Notes under the pieces: generated by a model
What the model saw: only the letters and a program-made list of their open reading frames with translations
Database searches by the model: none
Told to the model about the DNA's origin: nothing
Made by a program: the position numbers and the translations under genes
From: an uncultured Ignavibacterium sp.
GTDB taxonomy: Bacteria; Bacteroidota; Ignavibacteria; Ignavibacteriales; Ignavibacteriaceae
Length of the DNA: 64,000 nucleotides
NCBI GenBank assembly: GCA_964434675.1
Contig: CAYSWN010000006.1
Span: 14,343 to 78,342 of the forward strand
Direction of reading: 5' to 3'
Part shown: piece after piece, positions 37,832 to 47,292 of the stretch
How the letters are laid out: the number at the start of each line of letters is the position of its first letter
Position numbering within the stretch: position 1 is the first letter of the stretch

Positions 37832-40072
37832 TTAATCTCGTAATACAGCAATTTTTCCGGTTTCAACACTGTTTCCTTCCTGATCGAACGCAATAATAAT
37901 ATAAACTCCACTGCTAACAAAGTTTCCGCTATCATCGCGTCCATCCCAAAAAGCAGTACGCCCGCCGGGTGATGAAAACTCACGAACTAATTTTCCGGAT
38001 ACGGTAACAATTTTTATATCAGTGTTTCTTATCAATCCATCAATCGTAACAAGATTGCTTCCGTCTTTAATAACAAGCGGATTAGGATAAATATTTAATC
38101 CGGCAAAACTTTCAACAGGCAGTATTGATGGCGTATCAAATGAGGTTAATCCATTTGCAGTTCCCACATAAACTTTTCCTGTCGATTCATCAATTGCAAT
38201 GCTTTCAATCTGATCCGAAAGTAATGCACTGTTATTTGTATTAAGTGTTGTAAGTAATTGGGTGCCATCACTGCTCAATAAAAATAAACCTTGGTTTGTA
38301 CCAAGCCATTTTTGATTTAAAGGATCAACTGCAAGTGCATTTACAGATTGCTGCCTAACCGAAAACGAAGATGAAATATTTAGTTGAGGATTTGATGATG
38401 CAAGAACCGAGTTAAGATTAGTTATAATATTTACTCCCAGACTTGTACCAACCCAAAGATCACCTCTGCGATCAATATCTAAACTATTTATTGCATCGCT
38501 TGATAATTTTGGAGTAGTAATAAATCCGTAAATATCATCAGAAACATCTGTGTATGTTCCTTTTTCGTTGTAGTAGAAAATTCCATTACTTCCACCCCCT
38601 GACATCGAGTACCACTTAGTCCCATATTGATCTATAACCAAATTATGTACTTCGCTAAAACCAACATGCTGTTCTAAAGGATTTCTAAATGAATACCATA
38701 TACTATCTGGTGTTAACAAATAAAGTGATTTAATATCTGCAGCATTTAAGTTTATTATCCACAAATTATTTTTTGAATCTTCTGCAAAACCTGTTATAAC
38801 AATAAAATTTGGATTATTAGCAACGTTTGAAGTATAAACCATACTTGTATTGCTTATATCATACCTTGTAATATTTCCATCTTTTATTTTTGCAAATCCT
38901 TGTCCCCAACTGCCTGTATAAATAGAATTATCAGAGCCTGCAAAAATTGAGTAGTATGAATTTGTGTACAAATCCGGGTAGCTCTGTGTGTTATAATTTT
39001 CCCAAATTGATCTATTATATTTATAGACACCAACTCCGGTAATATCTTTACCGCTTGCAGACCACAAGTTTCCTTCATTATCAACTGTCATATTCGGAAA
39101 CTGATTTGCTGCTGGTCCATTTGGAAAAAGATAATTATTGTTAATATTTATTCCCGATTTAGTCGCAACAATTAATCCTAAATTTTGCTGATTACCAAGT
39201 TTAGTTATTTGAGTATTTGTTGACCAATATTCTGAGACTGTCGCTCCATCATAAAGATAAACTTTATTTGTGCCAAGAGTATCGAGTATATAAAGAGAGT
39301 TTCCAACCGATAACAGATCAATAATTTTGTTTACTGATAAACCTAAATATGGCAGCCAGCTATTTCCATCAAAAGAAAACAAACCGGAATTTGTACCTGC
39401 AATTAATATATTGTTATAAAAACCAATTACATTACATCCCCCTGAAGGCAGCCCGTTTGCTTGATTATAAACATTCCAGGATTCTGGCGCGGATAAATTT
39501 ATTGCTCCGGGTTTTTGTATAACAACACCAGCTTCTGTTGAAGCATATATCGATCCGTTATAAATAATGTTATTCACTTTAATATTTGATTGAAAAGAAC
39601 CAAACTTAAAATATGTATCATAAAAGATATAGTTTTTTGAATCGATTAAAGAAATCCCAAAATCGGTGGAAACAAAAACTGTATCACCCGTGATTGAAAT
39701 ATTATTTATTCGTTTTGTTGTTTTATCTGAATTGTAAATATCAAGAACAGAACGGAAAGAATTTGTTTGCGGATCATAAACATCAATAATACCACTTGCA
39801 CTTCCAAACCAAATTTTATTGTAAATGTCAATTCCAATAGAAGTAAGTTCGGTTCCGTTTAATCCCGCAGCTTTACTATAAGTTTTAAATGTGCTGTCTG
39901 AAGTGTTAAAAAAATAAGCACCGCCTTGTGCAGCAGCCCAAACTCCTGTAGATGTTACGGCAATATCTTTTGCTGATTTCATATCAACATAATTTTGCCA
40001 ATTGGTTTGCTGTTGGGAAAATGATGTGATGGAAAAAAATAATGCAATACCGAGTGATATGATATTTTTCAT
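37832..40072 (-). CDS. Secreted beta-propeller (two-component-regulator-propeller-type repeats) protein with T9SS C-terminal sorting domain
   Basis: 746 aa with a signal peptide. Many W.GT..GL / G.W.. repeat units. The C-terminal region is YPNPL...WDGRDDSGNFVSSGVYII. Confidence 0.8.
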   Translation of the reverse strand: MKNIISLGIALFFSITSFSQQQTNWQNYVDMKSAKDIAVTSTGVWAAAQGGAYFFNTSDSTFKTYSKAAGLNGTELTSIGIDIYNKIWFGSASGIIDVYDPQTNSFRSVLDIYNSDKTTKRINNISITGDTVFVSTDFGISLIDSKNYIFYDTYFKFGSFQSNIKVNNIIYNGSIYASTEAGVVIQKPGAINLSAPESWNVYNQANGLPSGGCNVIGFYNNILIAGTNSGLFSFDGNSWLPYLGLSVNKIIDLLSVGNSLYILDTLGTNKVYLYDGATVSEYWSTNTQITKLGNQQNLGLIVATKSGININNNYLFPNGPAANQFPNMTVDNEGNLWSASGKDITGVGVYKYNRSIWENYNTQSYPDLYTNSYYSIFAGSDNSIYTGSWGQGFAKIKDGNITRYDISNTSMVYTSNVANNPNFIVITGFAEDSKNNLWIINLNAADIKSLYLLTPDSIWYSFRNPLEQHVGFSEVHNLVIDQYGTKWYSMSGGGSNGIFYYNEKGTYTDVSDDIYGFITTPKLSSDAINSLDIDRRGDLWVGTSLGVNIITNLNSVLASSNPQLNISSSFSVRQQSVNALAVDPLNQKWLGTNQGLFLLSSDGTQLLTTLNTNNSALLSDQIESIAIDESTGKVYVGTANGLTSFDTPSILPVESFAGLNIYPNPLVIKDGSNLVTIDGLIRNTDIKIVTVSGKLVREFSSPGGRTAFWDGRDDSGNFVSSGVYIIIAFDQEGNSVETGKIAVLRD

Positions 40073-40178
40073 AGAAAATCCTAATTAGTTAAAACTGGTA
40101 AATATTATATCGATATCTTCTCAATTGTTGGGATAAAAATAGAATAAATTATTAATAATAAAAGTAGAAAAAAATTGC

Positions 40179-40524
40179 CTAAATTAATTTAAATAAATCT
40201 GCCAACTCAAGTGCTGTTAAAGCTGAATCCCACCCTTTGTTCCAGTTCTTTCAATTGCCTGTTCGATCGTACCTGTGATAAGCACACCAAAAATAACCGG
40301 TAACGAATCTTTTTGCGAAACATTTAATATCCTATCGGCTGTAACAGGCAGTTCAAAAGGCGGGTACTTTTACAACATCGATACTATTTTCATTAACACC
40401 ATGTTTTATCAAACAATCAAATGCAGATTTTAACAAGCTATCACAGATAAAATCATTAAATCTGCTTATCACAATTACAATTATTTTCCGCTTCCAAGAA
40501 GTTTATCTTCAATTGCTTTCTTTA
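40179..40524 (-). pseudogene. ribH: Decayed 6,7-dimethyl-8-ribityllumazine synthase gene
   Basis: The reverse strand reads, in shifting frames, [13 protein letters not shown] / [44 protein letters not shown] / [40 protein letters not shown] / [20 protein letters not shown]. There is no ATG. At least 3 single-nucleotide frameshifts sit at homopolymer runs. About 30-35 codons of the conserved central region are missing. No ORF of 60 aa or more appears in the track here. Confidence 0.75.
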
Positions 40525-41355
40525 TTATGCTGTATTTCTTAAAATTTGTTTTCTCATTGCTTCTATTTTAGAATATGAAACAGAATACTTTCCTAAATTT
40601 CCATAATCATTTCGCTCTCCACCGTGAAAATCGGAACCGCCGCTTTCTAAGAGAAAGTATTCATTTACAATTCCTCTATAATGTTTTACTTGATGCGGCA
40701 AGTGAGAAGGATGAACCACTTCGATTCCATCTAAACCTGCTTCTATTAGTTCGATCATTATTGCATCAGGTAGATGACCTGGATGAGCAATAAATGATAA
40801 GCCGCCGGCGTCATTAATAATTTTAAAAGCGCTTCTTGGTGAAACGTGTACCTTCCTTTCATAGGCAGGGCATCCGTTGCCGATATACTTGCTGAATGCT
40901 TCAAAGTAATTTGAAACTAATCTGTTCTTTACCAAAACTTTTGCAATGTGCGGTCTTCCAACAGCAGAATTACGAGCAAGTTCTAAAACTTCATCCAACT
41001 GAATATATAATCCAAGTTCTTTAAGTTTTTCTATGATAGTAATCGCACGTTTAATTCGCTCAGCCCTAAAAAATTTTAGATATTGTTCTAATTCTTTATT
41101 TAAAGGATTAAAAAAATATGCAAGCAAATGCACTTCACGGTCTTTGATATCAGAACTAATTTCCAATCCGGGAATAACTTCAACACCATATTTTTTTCCG
41201 GCTTCAACTGCTTCAACGATTCCATCCACAGTATCGTGATCGGAAATTGCAATGATATCTATACCTGCTTCTTTTGCTTTTATAATCAGTTCTTCTGGCG
41301 AATGCTGCCCATCAGAAAAATATGTGTGTGTATGTAAATCAATTTTTCCACCCAT
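40525..41355 (-). CDS. PHP domain phosphoesterase (TrpH/YciV-like)
   Basis: IDLHTHTYFSDG, AISDHD and later HP..H motifs of the PHP metal site. Confidence 0.85.
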   Translation of the reverse strand: MGGKIDLHTHTYFSDGQHSPEELIIKAKEAGIDIIAISDHDTVDGIVEAVEAGKKYGVEVIPGLEISSDIKDREVHLLAYFFNPLNKELEQYLKFFRAERIKRAITIIEKLKELGLYIQLDEVLELARNSAVGRPHIAKVLVKNRLVSNYFEAFSKYIGNGCPAYERKVHVSPRSAFKIINDAGGLSFIAHPGHLPDAIMIELIEAGLDGIEVVHPSHLPHQVKHYRGIVNEYFLLESGGSDFHGGERNDYGNLGKYSVSYSKIEAMRKQILRNTA

Positions 41356-41358
41356 AAA

Positions 41359-42042
41359 TCAATTAAACATTTCTTTAAATTTTTCGTAATCATTTATTCT
41401 AAGCTTAGAGCCATCTAATTCAACTAAACCCTTTTTTGCAAACGAATGTAAAGTACGAGAAATAGTTTCTCTGGAAGTTCCAGCCATATTTGCCAACTCT
41501 TGCTGAAAAGGTAAATTATCAATTTCAACAATTCCCTGGCGTATGGTACCTTCGTCATCAGCAAGCTGCAATAATACAGTGGCAACTTTTCCTTCAGCAT
41601 CTTTAAGAGAAAGTGCTTTAATTTTCATTGTTGCGCTGCGTAATCTTTTAGTTAATTCTGTTAGCAATGCAACTGAAACATCAGGAAATTTTGCAAGTAA
41701 ATCTAAAAATTCTGCTCTCTGAATAATAAAAAGTTTTGAATCTTCAACAGCAGTTACAGTTGCTGATCTTGCCATTCCATCGAGCAGAGACATCTCGCCA
41801 AAAAAATCTGATTCATTTAACATCGCAAGAATAACTTCTTTTTCATCATTGCTGGAACGAGAAATTTTTACTTTCCCTTCTGTAATTACAAATAATGCTG
41901 ATCCTGTATCTTCTTCAGAAAGTATTACGCTGTTTTTTTTGTAGGATTGTACCACGCCGGATTTTGCTATTTTTTGTAAATTTTCTGAATCCAGATCAGA
42001 AAAAATTGGTACGTTTGCAAGAAACTCTGTATTGTTTAACAA
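41359..42042 (-). CDS. Crp/Fnr family transcriptional regulator
   Basis: 227 aa. N-terminal cNMP-binding beta-roll (FFGEMSLLDG..RSATV). C-terminal HTH (LANMAGTSRETISRTL). Confidence 0.85.
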   Translation of the reverse strand: MLNNTEFLANVPIFSDLDSENLQKIAKSGVVQSYKKNSVILSEEDTGSALFVITEGKVKISRSSNDEKEVILAMLNESDFFGEMSLLDGMARSATVTAVEDSKLFIIQRAEFLDLLAKFPDVSVALLTELTKRLRSATMKIKALSLKDAEGKVATVLLQLADDEGTIRQGIVEIDNLPFQQELANMAGTSRETISRTLHSFAKKGLVELDGSKLRINDYEKFKEMFN

Positions 42043-42262
42043 AATATTACCTCTCTTTTAAAATAATTTGATCAAAAAATACCCTTGATGCGTCTCAAAG
42101 TCAACTTTGTTAGAACTTTAACTTTAATTGAAATTCAATCAATTGGTAATAAAGGCTTGTTTGTTGATTATTCTAAGGCTTTTTAATTGTTTTTTATATC
42201 ATACGTGTCTATTTTAAGCGTCTTAAATTTTCAAAGTTAATTAATACGGAGATATACATATT

Positions 42263-44353
42263 ATGGCTATGATGGCCAAAATGAGGAGTTTAGCTCCTGC
42301 TTTTATTTTAACAGTTGGCGGTTTATTCGTACTGTTTATGGTAATTTCGGATTCTAATGTTTTAGAAGCATTAGGCGGCGGCAGAACTAATAACATTGGA
42401 GTTGTTAATGGTGAAAATATAACCTACCAGGAATTTCAAACTGCTTTAGATCAACAATTAGAAAATCAAAAAAAACAAACAGGCAAAGAACTTGAAGAAG
42501 CTCAGGTCGATCAGATCAGAGAGCAAGTTTGGGATGCTGTTGTAACTCAAAAAATATTTGGTCAGTTGATTAAGGAATATGGAATAACGGTTCCTGATCA
42601 GGAGATTAAGGATATTATTCTTGGTCCAAATCCACCAGATTTTCTAAAACAAAATTTTATTGATTCACTTGGCAACTTTAACAAGCAATTGTATGATCAA
42701 GCTATTTTTGATCCACAAAATAAAACGGCGTTAATACAAGCTGAAGAATTAGTAAGACAATCCCGCCTAACACAAAAACTGCAAAGTATGATATTAGCTT
42801 CTGTAAATGTTGGCGAAGATGAAGTTAAGCGAAAATTTATCGAACAGAATATGAAGATTGAAGCGGATTATTCATTAGTAGATGTTAATCTTATAAAAGA
42901 TTCTGATATTAAGGTTACAGATGAAGATTTAAAAACTTATTATGATAAAAATATTAAGAATTACAAAGTACCACCGCAGAGAAAATTAAAGTTTGTAATG
43001 TTTTCAAATGCAGCTTCAGAAGAAGATTCGCAGATGATTTACAAAAATTTGGTTAACGTAAAAAATACTTTGTCTAATGATACATTAGGATTTACGCAGC
43101 TTGTTGGTATTTATTCTGAACTGCCATATTCAAAAGATACAGTTTCAGTTTCATCATTAACCAGCGAAGTTGTTACAGCGTTTAGAAAAGCTTCTGTTGG
43201 CGAAGTTGTAGGACCTTATGCTACTCAGCAAGGTTATACTCTTTTTAGATACAACGGATCAGTTCCCTCAAATGAAGTATTTGTTAAGGCATCGCATATT
43301 TTGATTAATCAATACGGAAGTGATGAAAAGAATTTAGAAGAAGCAAATAAACTTTATTATAAATTAGTTGCAGGTGCAAATTTTGCAGACTTAGCAAAAG
43401 AGTTTTCTAAAGATCCGGGCAGTGCTGTAAAAGGTGGTGATCTTGGATATTTTAGTAAAGGTATGATGGTTAAAGAATTTGAGGATGCAAGTTTTAGTGG
43501 AAAAGTTGGAGAAGTTCAGAAACCTGTAAAAACTAATTATGGATATCACATAATTAAAATAACTGATAGAGCTGATAGAAATTTTATTGTTGAGAAAATT
43601 GTTAATCAGGTTAAACAATCTGCAACCAGTCGCGATAGAAATTTTACTGCCGCTGGCGATTTTGCATTTCTTGCAAAGAAAAATGATTTTGAATCTGAAG
43701 CTAAATTAGGAAACTATAATGTGCAGGAAACTACTTTATTTACTGAGCAATCCGGTTCTGTACCTATGATTGGGGCAAATAAAGGATTAGTTAATTTTTC
43801 TTTTGAGAACTCAATAAATACAATTAGCGATCCTTTTAAAGTGCCGACTGGTTATGTTGTTGTTAAGATTACAGAAGTTGAAAATGAAAAATTTAGACCT
43901 TTTGAAGAATTAAAAGAACAATTAAAACCTGCAGTTATAAGAGAAAAGAAATTTGAAAAGATTAAAACTATTTCAGATAATCTTTACAAAAAAATTAACG
44001 GAGATTTAAGCAAAGCTCGTTCAATCGATACGAACTTTACTGTTAAGCAAACAGGTAGTTTTACACCACAGGGTACAATACCAAATATCGGCAGAGATTA
44101 CACATTCTTAAATGCCGCAATGAATTCTGAACTTAACAAAGTTACAGAGCCGGTAAAAGGTGCCAGAGGTTATTATCTTATAAAGGTTACAAAACGTTCT
44201 ACATTTGATCAGGCTTTATACTCACAACAAAGTACTACATTGCGTAGCACTTTATTGCAAGAAAAAAGAAGCCGCTTCCTCAACCAGTGGGTAACTGAAA
44301 TTAAAGAAAGTGCAGACATTAAAGATAATAGACATTTATTTTTTGGTCAGTAA
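42263..44353 (+). CDS. Periplasmic chaperone / peptidylprolyl isomerase (PpiD/SurA-like, parvulin domain)
   Basis: 696 aa with an N-terminal TM anchor. Parvulin core ASHILI...GGDLGYFSKGMMVKEFEDA...GYHIIK. GGAG lies 13 nt upstream of the ATG. Confidence 0.85.
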   Translation: MAMMAKMRSLAPAFILTVGGLFVLFMVISDSNVLEALGGGRTNNIGVVNGENITYQEFQTALDQQLENQKKQTGKELEEAQVDQIREQVWDAVVTQKIFGQLIKEYGITVPDQEIKDIILGPNPPDFLKQNFIDSLGNFNKQLYDQAIFDPQNKTALIQAEELVRQSRLTQKLQSMILASVNVGEDEVKRKFIEQNMKIEADYSLVDVNLIKDSDIKVTDEDLKTYYDKNIKNYKVPPQRKLKFVMFSNAASEEDSQMIYKNLVNVKNTLSNDTLGFTQLVGIYSELPYSKDTVSVSSLTSEVVTAFRKASVGEVVGPYATQQGYTLFRYNGSVPSNEVFVKASHILINQYGSDEKNLEEANKLYYKLVAGANFADLAKEFSKDPGSAVKGGDLGYFSKGMMVKEFEDASFSGKVGEVQKPVKTNYGYHIIKITDRADRNFIVEKIVNQVKQSATSRDRNFTAAGDFAFLAKKNDFESEAKLGNYNVQETTLFTEQSGSVPMIGANKGLVNFSFENSINTISDPFKVPTGYVVVKITEVENEKFRPFEELKEQLKPAVIREKKFEKIKTISDNLYKKINGDLSKARSIDTNFTVKQTGSFTPQGTIPNIGRDYTFLNAAMNSELNKVTEPVKGARGYYLIKVTKRSTFDQALYSQQSTTLRSTLLQEKRSRFLNQWVTEIKESADIKDNRHLFFGQ

Positions 44354-44369
44354 TTTTTAATTGATGTTT

Positions 44370-44415
44370 AAAACCCCCAATTGCACTTAGCTGCACTTGG
44401 GGGTTTTCTTTTTTG
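44370..44415 (+). terminator. Rho-independent terminator after the ppiD-like gene
   Basis: 11-bp stem AAAACCCCCAA / TTGGGGGTTTT (44370-44380 / 44397-44407) followed by CTTTTTTG. Confidence 0.85.
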
Positions 44416-44481
44416 TACACATTCAACTTTTTCTCTATCAATTTCTTAAATTAACCGTAAACAAATAATTTGCTCTTTGGT

Positions 44482-45042
44482 ATGATAAGAAAAATAGTTT
44501 ACTTAACAGGATTTATGGCTTCGGGTAAAAGCACGATTGGACCAATACTTGCCAACACACTTGGCTGGGATTTTTTTGATCTTGATAAATTAATCGAGCA
44601 ATCTGCTAATAAAAGTATTCGCAAAATATTTGAAGAAGATGGTGAAGAGTATTTTAGAAATTTAGAAACTAAAACTCTTAAAAAAACAACCGAACTGGAA
44701 AATTATATAATTGCTTTAGGCGGCGGAACAATTGTAAGTGAAATAAATCTTGAGCTTATTAAATCAGCAGGTTTTTTAATTTATTTAAAATCATCTCCTG
44801 AAGAAACATATAAAAGATTAAGATTCAAACGCGATAGACCTGCATTACTATTTGATGGTGATGAAGAACCAAGTGAGATTGAATTTTTGGGAAAAATAAA
44901 TTCTCTTTTGCAAATGCGAATTAAATACTATAATCAGGCTGATGTTAAAATTACCACCGATAATATTCCAGTTGGAAGGGCGGTTGATAAATTATCAAAC
45001 ATAATTAGAAAAGAATTTTATGGCGAATCAAATAAAAGTTAA
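44482..45042 (+). CDS. aroK: Shikimate kinase
   Basis: The start at ATG 44482 gives MIRKIVYLTGFMASGKSTIG (Walker A). The ALGGG motif is present. Confidence 0.9.
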   Translation: MIRKIVYLTGFMASGKSTIGPILANTLGWDFFDLDKLIEQSANKSIRKIFEEDGEEYFRNLETKTLKKTTELENYIIALGGGTIVSEINLELIKSAGFLIYLKSSPEETYKRLRFKRDRPALLFDGDEEPSEIEFLGKINSLLQMRIKYYNQADVKITTDNIPVGRAVDKLSNIIRKEFYGESNKS

Positions 45043-46111
45043 TCTAAAGGATAAAAGCTATCCAATTTTTATTGGAGATAATTCATTAGTTAAAGCGATT
45101 GAAACAATAAACAAATCTACTGTTTCAAAATGCTTACTTATAATTGACAAGAATGTATTAAAATATCATTCAATGCTCATCAGAAAAAATTTTGCTCTAA
45201 TAAATTGCAAAGTGTACACTTTTACTTTTACAGCTACTGAAAAAATTAAAGGCTTACAGCAAACCGAAAAAATTTATCAATTTTTAATAGATAATTCTTT
45301 TGATAGAAATTCAATTATTGTTGCTATTGGTGGTGGAATTACTGGTGATATTGCTGGCTTTGCTGCAAGTACTTATATGCGTGGAATAAAAGTAATTCAA
45401 ATTCCCACAACATTACTTTCTATGGTTGATAGTTCCGTTGGTGGAAAGACGGGTGTTAATTTTAATCAACAAAAAAATATTATTGGTTCTTTCTATCAAC
45501 CGGAACTTGTATTGATTAGTCCAAATTTTTTATCTACTCTGCCGAAAAGAGAATTAGATTCTGCAGCAGGTGAAATATTTAAATACGCTTTTTTAGCTGA
45601 TGAGGAAAATTATAATTTATTAAAAAATAGTTTGTTTAATATTATTACTGCTCGATTATTAAATGTCAACAAAACAATTTTTGCTTGTCTAAAAATCAAA
45701 ACAAGTATTGTGGAAAATGATGAGAAGGAAACAACAGGGCTGCGGAAAATTTTAAATTTGGGACACACATTCGCTCACGCATTCGAAGCGCAATCAAATT
45801 ATAAATTAAAACATGGTGAGGCTGTTATTGGAGGAATATATTGTGCTTTATTTCTTTCGGAAAGTTTAAGATATTTATCTACAGAAAGATTGAATAAAAT
45901 TCTGATAGATTTTGCATTCATCAAACCAAAACAGAATTTGATAGGATTAGACACTAATTGTGTTTTTCAATCAATGAGTGGTGATAAAAAAAATTCATTG
46001 GGAAAAATTAAATTTGTATTGATTGAAGAAATTGGCAATATTGTCGTTGATGCGACTGCACAAAAATCGTTGGTTCTGGATTCAATTGAACGAATGAAAA
46101 AGTTAATTTGA
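45020..46111 (+). CDS. aroB: 3-dehydroquinate synthase
   Basis: 363 aa. GGGITGDIAGFAAS, DSSVGGKTGVN and the HTFAHA/HGEAV metal ligands. 23-nt overlap with aroK. Confidence 0.9.
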   Translation: MANQIKVNLKDKSYPIFIGDNSLVKAIETINKSTVSKCLLIIDKNVLKYHSMLIRKNFALINCKVYTFTFTATEKIKGLQQTEKIYQFLIDNSFDRNSIIVAIGGGITGDIAGFAASTYMRGIKVIQIPTTLLSMVDSSVGGKTGVNFNQQKNIIGSFYQPELVLISPNFLSTLPKRELDSAAGEIFKYAFLADEENYNLLKNSLFNIITARLLNVNKTIFACLKIKTSIVENDEKETTGLRKILNLGHTFAHAFEAQSNYKLKHGEAVIGGIYCALFLSESLRYLSTERLNKILIDFAFIKPKQNLIGLDTNCVFQSMSGDKKNSLGKIKFVLIEEIGNIVVDATAQKSLVLDSIERMKKLI

Positions 46112-46136
46112 AATAAAAAACCGCTTTAAAAGAGGA

Positions 46137-46172
46137 AAACTGTCAGGTTTTGAGGGCGAAACCTGACAGTTT
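46137..46172 (+). terminator. Strong hairpin after aroB (probable terminator)
   Basis: Perfect 14-bp stem AAACTGTCAGGTTT / AAACCTGACAGTTT with an 8-nt loop. A T-run (CATTTTT) follows only after 8 nt. Confidence 0.6.
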
Positions 46173-46298
46173 GTGTGTCATTTTTGGAGGGATGCTATGC
46201 TTAAACTATTTCGGATAATACTTAACAAGATCGGTGCCATCTTGTTTTGTAATAAAAAGACAGGATTGACCTCAATTTTGTCGGTAAAAAGTACGTTA

Positions 46299-46313
46299 TT
46301 GTAATTATTACAA
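46299..46313. promoter_or_regulatory. 7-1-7 palindrome TTGTAAT-T-ATTACAA 20 nt upstream of nadA (candidate operator)
   Basis: Perfect 7-bp arms read directly from the sequence. Function is not established. Confidence 0.25.
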
Positions 46314-46332
46314 TCGGTAACATTTAATTTGA

Positions 46333-47292
46333 ATGGAGAATATTGTGCAAACGGATATTATTAGTAAACAAATTGATTATAAAACTGAAATTGTAAAGCT
46401 GAAAGAAAAACTAAATGCGGTTATACTCGCTCATTATTATCAGGAATCAGAAATTCAGGATATTGCCGATTTTGTTGGGGATAGTTTAGAGCTTGCAAAA
46501 AAAGCTAAATCAACTTCTGAAGATGTTATAGTTTTTGCAGGTGTTCACTTTATGGCGGAAACAGCAAAAATATTAAATCCAGAAAAATTAGTTTTGTTAC
46601 CGGATTTAGAAGCTGGTTGTTCGCTTGCTGAAGGATGTCCCGCAGAAGATTTTAAAGCGTTTAGAAAAAAACATCCAAACCATATTGCAATAACTTACAT
46701 AAATTGTTCTGCCGATGTTAAAGCTTTAAGTGATATTATTTGTACATCAAGTAGTGCAGAAAAGATCATAAATCAAATCCCAATAGATCAAAAAATACTT
46801 TTTTCACCAGATAGAAATCTTGGTAAATATCTTATCAAAAAAACCGGAAGAGACATGCTTTTGTGGGATGGAAGCTGCGTAGTTCACGAAACTTTTAGCG
46901 AGAGAAAAATTTTAGATTTAAAAGTAAAATATCCTTTAGCAAAATTAATTTCTCATCCCGAATGTGAAGAACCAATTTTAATGCACTCTGATTTTATAGG
47001 ATCTACAAGCAAGCTGCTAAGTTTTGTAAAGGAAGATTCTGCAACTCAATTTATAGTTGCTACTGAAACGGGAATTATTCATCAGATGAAAAAAGCAGCG
47101 CCTCAAAAAGAATTTATACCTGCGCCACCAGAAGATGATACTTGCTCTTGCAATGAATGCCCGTACATGAAACTTAATACTCTGGAAAAATTGTACTTGT
47201 GTATGAAGAATCAATATCCAGAAATTATTATGGATGAAGAAATTAGAAAAAAAACACTGCTGCCTGTAGAAAAAATGCTAGCAATGAGCTAA
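46333..47292 (+). CDS. nadA: Quinolinate synthase
   Basis: 319 aa. [17 protein letters not shown], conserved Cys ligands, and a C-terminal CNECPYMK. Confidence 0.93.
   Translation: MENIVQTDIISKQIDYKTEIVKLKEKLNAVILAHYYQESEIQDIADFVGDSLELAKKAKSTSEDVIVFAGVHFMAETAKILNPEKLVLLPDLEAGCSLAEGCPAEDFKAFRKKHPNHIAITYINCSADVKALSDIICTSSSAEKIINQIPIDQKILFSPDRNLGKYLIKKTGRDMLLWDGSCVVHETFSERKILDLKVKYPLAKLISHPECEEPILMHSDFIGSTSKLLSFVKEDSATQFIVATETGIIHQMKKAAPQKEFIPAPPEDDTCSCNECPYMKLNTLEKLYLCMKNQYPEIIMDEEIRKKTLLPVEKMLAMS

Noticed and set aside
42061-42145. Possible Crp/Fnr boxes in the crp-like / ppiD-like divergent region (TTGATCAA at about 42069; ATTGAA-A-TTCAAT at 42127-42139)
   Set aside because: Neither fits the TTGAT-N4-ATCAA or TGTGA-N6-TCACA spacing. 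Short AT-rich palindromes are expected by chance here.
42088-42186. 32-codon ORF (MRLKVNFVRTL...) in the same spacer
   Set aside because: There is no Shine-Dalgarno-like sequence and no distinctive composition. It is indistinguishable from a chance ORF.
46173-46332. NAD+ riboswitch (nadA motif) upstream of nadA
   Set aside because: The location is right, but I cannot recognise the tandem-domain consensus from memory in this sequence. That motif is also known mainly from Acidobacteria. I report it only as something to test with Rfam in the leader finding.
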